Below, in pieces: positions 39,336 through 45,371 of a stretch of 45,371 bases of DNA. Where the stretch lies: the NCBI GenBank assembly GCA_964609495.1, contig CAZSTA010000005.1:1-45371 (forward strand). The letters run 5' to 3'. A program made the position numbers and the translations under genes. The DNA is from an uncultured bacterium (lineage in GTDB: Bacteria > CAZSTA01). Below the pieces are notes generated by a model. That model worked only from the letters and a program-made list of their open reading frames with translations, was not told the DNA's origin and did no database searches. Position 1 is the stretch's first letter, and the number at the start of each line of letters is the position of its first letter.

Positions 39336-39704
39336 TTAAACAACCTCTGGGGCTAAGGAGATGATCTTCATAAACTTCTTCTCCCTCAACTCTCTAGCAA
39401 CTGGTCCAAATATTCTAGTTCCTCGCGGATTCTTCAGCCTATCGATTAGCACCGCGGCGTTCTTGTCGAATCGAACGTAAGAGCCATCTGGTCTGCCCAG
39501 TTCCTTCCTAGTTCTTACCACTACCGCCATTACTATATCTCCCTTTTTGATTCCACTGCCAGGAGCAGCCTCTTTTACCGAGGCGACTATTGTATCGCCG
39601 ATTCGAGCATAACGGCGCCTAGTGCCTCCCAGGACTTTTATGCACATAAGCTTCTTAGCCCCCGAATTGTCAGCCACATCCAAATATGTCTGCGCCTGAA
39701 TCAT
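39336..39704 (-). CDS. rplN: 50S ribosomal protein L14
   Basis: [20 protein letters not shown]; start at ATG 39704 after GGGAGG. Confidence 0.98.
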   Translation of the reverse strand: MIQAQTYLDVADNSGAKKLMCIKVLGGTRRRYARIGDTIVASVKEAAPGSGIKKGDIVMAVVVRTRKELGRPDGSYVRFDKNAAVLIDRLKNPRGTRIFGPVARELREKKFMKIISLAPEVV

Positions 39705-39725
39705 TATCTCTAATCCTCCCTTTAT

Positions 39726-39772
39726 AAGGAAACTTTTGCCGGCAATAAAACTCAAGATTAAAAAGTTTCCTT
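39726..39772 (+). repeat. Repeat A copy 7 (GGAAAC/GTTTCC variant)
   Basis: AAGGAAACTTTTGCCGGCAATAAAACTCAAGATTAAAAAGTTTCCTT. Confidence 0.8.
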
Positions 39773-39777
39773 TACAC

Positions 39778-40032
39778 CTATTCCGCTCGTTCGAGAATTT
39801 CAATTACAGCCCATCTCTTCTCCTTGCTCAAAGGTCTGGTCTCCCTTATCCTAACTTTATCTCCTATAAGACAGGAGTTATCCTTATCATGAGCTTTGAA
39901 CTTAACAGTCTTTCTTAGGCTCTTTTTATATAGAGGATGCCTAAATCTCTGCTCTACCGCTACTACTATAGTTTTATCCATTTTATTGCTTACCACTACG
40001 CCTTCTCTAACCTTTCGCTTATTTAGTCCCAT
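39778..40032 (-). CDS. rpsQ: 30S ribosomal protein S17
   Basis: [18 protein letters not shown]; start is ATG 40032 or GTG 40047. Confidence 0.97.
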   Translation of the reverse strand: MGLNKRKVREGVVVSNKMDKTIVVAVEQRFRHPLYKKSLRKTVKFKAHDKDNSCLIGDKVRIRETRPLSKEKRWAVIEILERAE

Positions 40033-40058
40033 ATATGCCCTGTGCACCTCCCTGCTTA

Positions 40059-40095
40059 TATAGGGGGAGGGCTCCTCCCCTCTACCCCTCCTATA
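40059..40095 (+). repeat. Uninterrupted repeat B, supplying the rpmC stop codon
   Basis: TATAGGGGGAGGGCTCCTCCCCTCTACCCCTCCTATA. Confidence 0.75.
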
Positions 40096-40318
40096 TTATT
40101 TGTGAGTTGGCTTTGTGTTTCGCAAGCCACTTCTCTTGAAGTACGGTCTTGATCCGGGCGATCGTTCTCTTTACCTCTCTTATCCTTCGCACGTCGGTCA
40201 TTTGTCCGCCCACTGACTGGAATCTTAGGTTGAATAGTTCTTGCTTATATCTGCCCAACTCCTCCCCGAGTTCCTGCTCGGTGAGCTCCCTTAGCTCCCT
40301 AGCCTTCCTCCTCGCCAT
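40091..40318 (-). CDS. rpmC: 50S ribosomal protein L29
   Basis: [14 protein letters not shown]. Confidence 0.97.
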   Translation of the reverse strand: MARRKARELRELTEQELGEELGRYKQELFNLRFQSVGGQMTDVRRIREVKRTIARIKTVLQEKWLAKHKANSQII

Positions 40319-40734
40319 TAATCACCACCCTCTCTCTTTATAAATCTGGTCTTTATGGGCAGTTTGTGGGAGGCTAACCTCATCGCCTCACGAGCTAATT
40401 CCTCGCTCACTCCACCGAGTTCGAAGAGAACTCTTCCAGGCTTTACTACCGCTACCCAGTACTCGGGGTTTCCTTTTCCCTTGCCCATTCGAGTCTCAGC
40501 GGGCTTGACAGTAACAGGTTTATCAGGGAAGATCTTTATCCAGATCTTGCCCCCCCTCCTTATATGGTGGCTCATAGCGATTCGGGCAGCCTCTATTTGA
40601 CGGGCGGTCATCCAACAGGGCTCCAGAGCTTGCAATCCAAACTCGCCAAAAGCTATCTCGGTTCCTCCTTTAGCCACTCCCTTCATCCTTCCACGATGCA
40701 CTTTACGATGTTTAGGTCTCCTAGGCATCAACAT
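40318..40734 (-). CDS. rplP: 50S ribosomal protein L16
   Basis: RQIEAAR, RMGKGKG, KLPIKT. Confidence 0.99.
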   Translation of the reverse strand: MLMPRRPKHRKVHRGRMKGVAKGGTEIAFGEFGLQALEPCWMTARQIEAARIAMSHHIRRGGKIWIKIFPDKPVTVKPAETRMGKGKGNPEYWVAVVKPGRVLFELGGVSEELAREAMRLASHKLPIKTRFIKREGGD

Positions 40735-40777
40735 ATTTTCTTCTCTCCTTCGCCAATCGAATATCGTTTCTCAGCTT

Positions 40778-40862
40778 AAAGGGAACTTTTTAACCTTATA
40801 TATTTTTGTCTGCAAAAGTTACCAGAACACTTGAAGCTCTATTGCCGGCAAGAGTTCCCTTT
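40778..40862 (-). repeat. Repeat A copy 8 (long form, inverted, GGGAAC/GTTCCC variant)
   Basis: Reverse complement of the copy 6 layout with a compensatory stem change. Confidence 0.8.
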
Positions 40863-41556
40863 ATTTGGTTAGGATAGTCTCCTCTGCTTGATCTTCCTCG
40901 ATCGTTGTCTTCTCTTCAGCCGAACTAGGCTCCTTCAATATCTCACCTTTGAATATCCATACTTTAACTCCGACAACTCCGCTATTAGTGTGGGCCGCCA
41001 CTGAGGCGTAATCGATGTCTGCTCTTAAGGTATGAAGAGGGAGTCTTCCCTCCAGGTACCATTCGGTGTTAGCCATCTCTGCTCCTCCTAGACGACCACT
41101 TACCATTATTTTTATGCCCTCCGTTCCCTCGCGTAGCGCTCTAGTTATGGCTTGCTTCATCGCTCGGCGATAAGAAGCTCGACGTTCAAGTTGGCTAGCG
41201 ACATTCTCCGCTACCAGGGTTGCATCGGTCTCTGGCTTAGGCACTTCCTGAACGTTCACTTGCACTTTCCTGTCGATCATATTTTGTATCTCTTGACGAA
41301 GTTTCTCTACCTCGGAGCCCTTTCTTCCTATAACAATCCCCGGTCTTGCCGAATAGACCGTTATCCTCACTTGGTTAGCAGCCCTCTCTATCAGGGTCTT
41401 CGATATGCCGGCATGATATAACTTTTTCTTAATATAGTTCCTTATCTTTATATCCTCATGGAGGAATTGGGAATATTCCTTCTCGGCATACCACTTCGCA
41501 TCCCAATCTTTCACTATCCCCAGACGCAGGCCTATAGGATTAACCTTTTGTCCCAT
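40861..41556 (-). CDS. rpsC: 30S ribosomal protein S3
   Basis: [20 protein letters not shown]. Confidence 0.99.
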   Translation of the reverse strand: MGQKVNPIGLRLGIVKDWDAKWYAEKEYSQFLHEDIKIRNYIKKKLYHAGISKTLIERAANQVRITVYSARPGIVIGRKGSEVEKLRQEIQNMIDRKVQVNVQEVPKPETDATLVAENVASQLERRASYRRAMKQAITRALREGTEGIKIMVSGRLGGAEMANTEWYLEGRLPLHTLRADIDYASVAAHTNSGVVGVKVWIFKGEILKEPSSAEEKTTIEEDQAEETILTK

Positions 41557-41918
41557 TAACTCACCTCCTTTTCTTTAAGAACTATGGTGATGTGACTAGA
41601 TCTCTTTCTTATCCGAGCCGCCCTTCCTCTCGCTGTCGCCCGGTACCATTTCCGGGTAGGGCCTTGATCCACTACAGCTCGGCTTATATATAGATTATCC
41701 ACGTTCATCTCGTGATTATTCTCGGCATTAGCTATTGCTGAGGAAAGCACCTTTTTCACTAAATATGCGGCCTTCTTTGGCGTGAACTCCAATATCGCTA
41801 GAGCCTCATTTACTCCCTTACCGCGTATTATATCTACTACCTCTCTAGCTTTTCTTGGAGAGATGCGCAGATATTTAGCCTTTGCTCTTGACTCCTTTAT
41901 CTCTTCGTTGTTTGCCAT
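41556..41918 (-). CDS. rplV: 50S ribosomal protein L22
   Basis: [21 protein letters not shown]. Confidence 0.98.
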   Translation of the reverse strand: MANNEEIKESRAKAKYLRISPRKAREVVDIIRGKGVNEALAILEFTPKKAAYLVKKVLSSAIANAENNHEMNVDNLYISRAVVDQGPTRKWYRATARGRAARIRKRSSHITIVLKEKEVS

Positions 41919-41947
41919 CTTTCTTTCCCCTCTCACGTAATCCGATA

Positions 41948-42036
41948 ATAGAGGGGGAGGAATCCTCCCCTAAAAGGTAACTTTTTGCAGGAAATAGAAT
42001 TCACGGTTAAAAAGTTACCTTTTCTACCCCTCCTAT
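41948..42036 (+). repeat. Repeat B interrupted by repeat A copy 9 (41972-42023)
   Basis: Near-identical to the composite at 25905-25993. Confidence 0.85.
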
Positions 42037-42084
42037 TTTAATAGATGACCCTAGTTTTCCCTCTACGTTTCTACCTTTATGTTT

Positions 42085-42369
42085 CTACCTCAATGCTGTT
42101 GAACGCTCCGTATGGTGTCCATGTCCACGGAAGATCCTTGTCGGGGCGAACTCGCCTAACTTATGCCCTACCATATTCTCAGTGATATATATCGGGATAT
42201 GCTGTCTGCCATTATGGACTGCGATAGTATGACCGACCATCTGAGGGAAGATGGTAGAGCGACGTGACCAGGTCTTGATGACTCTCTTATCTCCGGAAGC
42301 GTTCATCTCCTCGATCTTCTTGAGCAACTTGGAATCTACATAAGGTCCCTTCTTCAGAGATCTTGACAT
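42085..42369 (-). CDS. rpsS: 30S ribosomal protein S19
   Basis: [20 protein letters not shown]. Confidence 0.99.
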   Translation of the reverse strand: MSRSLKKGPYVDSKLLKKIEEMNASGDKRVIKTWSRRSTIFPQMVGHTIAVHNGRQHIPIYITENMVGHKLGEFAPTRIFRGHGHHTERSTALR

Positions 42370-42371
42370 AT

Positions 42372-43196
42372 CTAATTCCTCCTTCTAACGATGAGTTTAT
42401 CCGAAGACTTTCTCTTTCTGGTCTTGTATCCCAGGGTAGGTTTGCCCCAAGGGGTCAGGGGTCCACTTCTCCCGATTGGAGCCTTGCCCTCTCCCCCTCC
42501 ATGGGGATGATCGTGGGGATTCATTGCCGCTCCTCTGACATGAGGTCTCTTTCCCAGCCAGCGATTACGTCCAGCCTTGCCCAGGGAGATGTTACTATGA
42601 TCTATATTTCCCACTTGTCCGATGGTCGCTGAACAGTTTAGATGTATGAGTCGAACCTCTCCCGAGGGTAGTTGGATGTGTCCATAGTCGCCCTCCTTAG
42701 CTACTATGCGGGCGGCAGTTCCTGCGGAGCGAACTAGCTGCCCGCCCTTGCCCCTCTCTAATTCGACATTGTGAATCTCTATCCCCAGCGGGATTCTCCG
42801 GAGGGGAAGGGCATTCCCTGGCCTGATGGGGGCCTCGGGACCTGATATGATGGTGTCCCCTATTTTTATCCCCAGGGGAGCGATGATGTATCTCTTCTCT
42901 CCATCCACATACATCAGCAGAGCGATCCGCGCCGATCGGTTGGGATCGTATTCGATCGAGGCTACCTTGGCCGGGATCCCCGTTTTATCCCGTTTGAAAT
43001 CGATTATTCGATATCTTCTCTTATGTCCACCACCTTGATACCTCGCGGTTGTCCTTCCTCTTGAGTTTCTCCCCCCTGATTTAGTCAGGGGAGCGAGGAG
43101 GCTCTTCTCCGGCTGAGAGGTGGTTATCTCCTCGAAGGTCGATACGGACATAAACCTTCTACCAGGCGAGGTAGGTCTGAATTTCTTGATAGGCAT
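42372..43196 (-). CDS. rplB: 50S ribosomal protein L2
   Basis: [20 protein letters not shown]. Confidence 0.99.
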   Translation of the reverse strand: MPIKKFRPTSPGRRFMSVSTFEEITTSQPEKSLLAPLTKSGGRNSRGRTTARYQGGGHKRRYRIIDFKRDKTGIPAKVASIEYDPNRSARIALLMYVDGEKRYIIAPLGIKIGDTIISGPEAPIRPGNALPLRRIPLGIEIHNVELERGKGGQLVRSAGTAARIVAKEGDYGHIQLPSGEVRLIHLNCSATIGQVGNIDHSNISLGKAGRNRWLGKRPHVRGAAMNPHDHPHGGGEGKAPIGRSGPLTPWGKPTLGYKTRKRKSSDKLIVRRRN

Positions 43197-43214
43197 TTTA
43201 TCCTCTCCCTTTGC

Positions 43215-43499
43215 TTATTCTAATTCCTCGATTATTTCTCCCCGGTGGAGGATGACGATCGCCTTCTTCCAGGAGGAGATTCGCCCTTGATAAACCCCTA
43301 GGCGCTTCTTCTTCCCCTTCCTATTGGCGACATTGACTTGGCGCACGCTTACCTTGAATATCTCCTCTATTGCCTCTTTTATTTGGGTTTTGGTAGCTTG
43401 AGGAGCGACTTTAAAGGTGTAGATATTATCTTCCTTTAATCGGGTTGATTTCTCTGATAATATCGGTTTTATTATTATATCTACTGAATCTTCAAGCAC
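43215..43499 (-). CDS. rplW: 50S ribosomal protein L23
   Basis: P.LSEKS, K..IKEAIE..F.V, WKKAIV. Confidence 0.97.
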   Translation of the reverse strand: MLEDSVDIIIKPILSEKSTRLKEDNIYTFKVAPQATKTQIKEAIEEIFKVSVRQVNVANRKGKKKRLGVYQGRISSWKKAIVILHRGEIIEELE

Positions 43500-43512
43500 T
43501 TCTTCTAACCCC

Positions 43513-44151
43513 CTATATTTTGAGTTGATCCGAGAGGCGTTTCATTATCTTCTCTAAGGCCTCTTGGACGATTATAACTTTGGGATGTCGCACTATATCA
43601 TATACAGATAACCCGTCCCACCTGATCACCTTGATTCCCTTGATATTGCGAGCGCACTTTGTGATGTTCTCATCCTTCTCCGAGGTCACTATAAGTGGTT
43701 TATCTCCAGCAGATAGATTCTTGAGGACGTTTACCATCCACTTTGTTTGAGGAATCTCAACTCTCAATTCATCTATGACTATCATCTCTCCCGCATCTAT
43801 TTTAGCGGTCAGGGCTGATCTTAAAGCTAATCGGCGAACCTTCTTGGGTAGGGAGTAGCTGTATTTTCTGGGTTTTGGGCCAAAGGTTACGCCTCCTCCC
43901 GGCCAGAGGGGTGATCTTATCGACCCTTGACGAGCTCGTCCGGTTCCCTTCTGCCTCCAGGGTTTGCGACCTCCACCTCGAACCTCGCTTCTCGTCTTCG
44001 TCGAGGCTGTTCCTTTTCTTCTCCTTGCCATTTGCCAAGTTATGGCGGAATATACCACGTCGGTATTAACCTCTTCAACGAGTAGCGAATCATCGATCTC
44101 AATCTCGCCAACTTCTTTTCCCTCAACATCATATACGATTGTCTTTGCCAT
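43513..44151 (-). CDS. rplD: 50S ribosomal protein L4
   Basis: KPWRQKGTGRARQGS. Confidence 0.99.
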   Translation of the reverse strand: MAKTIVYDVEGKEVGEIEIDDSLLVEEVNTDVVYSAITWQMARRRKGTASTKTRSEVRGGGRKPWRQKGTGRARQGSIRSPLWPGGGVTFGPKPRKYSYSLPKKVRRLALRSALTAKIDAGEMIVIDELRVEIPQTKWMVNVLKNLSAGDKPLIVTSEKDENITKCARNIKGIKVIRWDGLSVYDIVRHPKVIIVQEALEKIMKRLSDQLKI

Positions 44152-44163
44152 CGCAGGTTCTCC

Positions 44164-44781
44164 TTATTTTTTGATGAGTAGTAGTCCTCCGTTAGCTCCT
44201 GGGACCGCTCCTCTGACGAGTAGGAGGTTGTTGGCAGGATCAACCTTTATAACCTCTAATCCTTGCACTGTTACCTTCTTTCCTCCCATTCGTCCTCCCA
44301 TCCGCATCCCCTTGAAGACTCGCGAGGGCGAGGATGAGGCGCCAATGGAGCCAGGTCGGCGGTGTCTCGTTGAACCATGGGAGGCGGGGCCCCCTCGAAA
44401 GTTATGTCTTTTTACCACTCCAGCGAATCCCTTGCCTTTCGATCTTCCAGTTATACAAACTTTATCTCCAATCTGGAAGATATCGACCTTGAGTTCTTGA
44501 CCCAGCCCATAATCGTCTAGGTTGTCAACTCGAATATCCCGCAGATATTTTTGAGGCTTCACCTTGGCTCGAGCAAAGTGGCCTTTCATAGGCTCGTTGG
44601 TGCGCCGAGGCTTCCTTTCCTCAAATCCTATTTGGATCGCTTGAACCTTTCCTCGCTCGTTCCTCCTCTTATCAACAACATAACAGGGCCCAGCCTCTAT
44701 AACAGTTACGGGGACTGGATTACCATCTTCGGCGAATATCTGTGTCATACCAACTTTTTTACCTAAAAGTCCCAGTGCCAT
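44164..44781 (-). CDS. rplC: 50S ribosomal protein L3
   Basis: GKKVGMTQ, KGKGFAG, GAVPG; start at ATG 44781. Confidence 0.98.
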   Translation of the reverse strand: MALGLLGKKVGMTQIFAEDGNPVPVTVIEAGPCYVVDKRRNERGKVQAIQIGFEERKPRRTNEPMKGHFARAKVKPQKYLRDIRVDNLDDYGLGQELKVDIFQIGDKVCITGRSKGKGFAGVVKRHNFRGGPASHGSTRHRRPGSIGASSSPSRVFKGMRMGGRMGGKKVTVQGLEVIKVDPANNLLLVRGAVPGANGGLLLIKK

Positions 44782-44838
44782 AATAAAACACTCTCCTCTT
44801 TCTATTAAGGGATATACCTCTCCCCTCAATCCACTCTT

Positions 44839-44928
44839 AAAAGGTAACTTTTTGCAGGAAATAGAACTCACACGGTTAAAAAGTTACTTTTTTCTGCTTT
44901 CCGAAGGGGGAGGAATCATCCCTTCTAT
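44839..44928 (+). repeat. Repeat A copy 10 (44839-44891) followed by a repeat B copy
   Basis: AAAAGGTAACTTTTTGCAGGAAATAGAACTCACACGGTTAAAAAGTTACTTT, then AGGGGGAGGAATCATCCCTTCTAT. Confidence 0.8.
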
Positions 44929-44948
44929 TATAGGTATGGCTTGCATCC

Positions 44949-45263
44949 TTATAATTTGATCTCGATGTCAACCCCAGCGGGCAGATCTAATTTCACCAGA
45001 GCATCAACAGTTCTAGGTGTAGGATCGAAGATATCCACTAATCTCTTGTGGGAACGGATCTCGAACTGCTCTCTCGAATCCTTGTCAATAAATGGAGACC
45101 TTAGGACGCAATATTTACTGGTCTCTGTGGGTAAGGGTATCGGACCAGATACTCGAGCTCCTGTCCTCCTCGCGGTCTCGACGATTCTGCTGGCTGATTG
45201 ATCTAAAACTCTATGATCGTAAGCTTTAAGACGGATCCTGATCTTTTGTCTAGCCAGATTCAT
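44949..45263 (-). CDS. rpsJ: 30S ribosomal protein S10
   Basis: [23 protein letters not shown]. Confidence 0.99.
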   Translation of the reverse strand: MNLARQKIRIRLKAYDHRVLDQSASRIVETARRTGARVSGPIPLPTETSKYCVLRSPFIDKDSREQFEIRSHKRLVDIFDPTPRTVDALVKLDLPAGVDIEIKL

Positions 45264-45277
45264 CTCTCCCTTCCATT

Positions 45278-45305
45278 TAGAGAGGAGGAATCCTCCCCTC
45301 CTATT
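45278..45305 (+). repeat. Repeat B copy between tuf and rpsJ
   Basis: TAGAGAGGAGGAATCCTCCCCTCCTATT. Confidence 0.7.
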
Positions 45306-45317
45306 TTATTTGTTTTC

Positions 45318-45371
45318 TCACTCGATGATTTCGGCGACAACACCAGCCCCAACCGTGTGTCCTCCCTCTCT
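45318..45371 (-). CDS. tuf: Elongation factor Tu, C-terminal fragment (runs off window)
   Basis: Translated by hand: REGGHTVGAGVVAEIIE*, directly upstream of rpsJ. Confidence 0.93.
   Translation of the reverse strand, partial: REGGHTVGAGVVAEIIE

Noticed and set aside
38275-44871. N-terminal extensions in the ORF track for S14, L14 and L3 ([30 protein letters not shown])
   Set aside because: They are translations of repeat A; good SDs precede the conventional downstream starts.
21512-44891. Repeat A or B as a CRISPR array
   Set aside because: Copies are dispersed between genes with no regular repeat-spacer period, and no cas genes are present.
21512-44891. Repeat A copies as ordinary intrinsic terminators
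   Set aside because: The stems are AT-rich with large conserved loops, and most lie inside a co-transcribed operon; independent terminators would not share loop sequence.
45255-45263. Possible CTG start for rpsJ (giving MARQK) because the ATG is very close to GGGAG
   Set aside because: An in-frame ATG lies two codons upstream; this cannot be decided from sequence.

Overview
Bacterial window from a probable diderm: it has a TonB-dependent receptor but a Firmicutes-like r-protein gene order, and the lineage cannot be fixed from sequence alone. Positions 1-21.5 kb are accessory. They hold the 3' part of an IscB (IS200/IS605 OMEGA) gene, a CDP-alcohol phosphatidyltransferase, a cobalamin riboswitch-controlled btuF/btuC/btuB-like operon ending in a very long TonB, two envelope proteins, a DUF4384-like protein, a VapBC-type pair and a divergent GH29/ABC sugar locus. 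Positions 21.6-45.4 kb are the S10-spc-alpha superoperon on the minus strand (tuf 3' end to rpsI), whose spacers are heavily colonised by small elements. The best finding is a 415-bp protein-free IS200/IS605 element carrying an omegaRNA (HEARO-like). It sits exactly between the Shine-Dalgarno (SD) sequence and the ATG of rplO, and removing it restores an SD plus an ATGA rpmD/rplO overlap. Also present are ten copies of a hairpin repeat with covarying arms, an SD-containing palindromic repeat that has entered coding frames, and two more r-protein genes (rpsH, rpsD) whose SD is displaced by a structured insert. All calls come from reading the sequence; no searches or folding programs were run.
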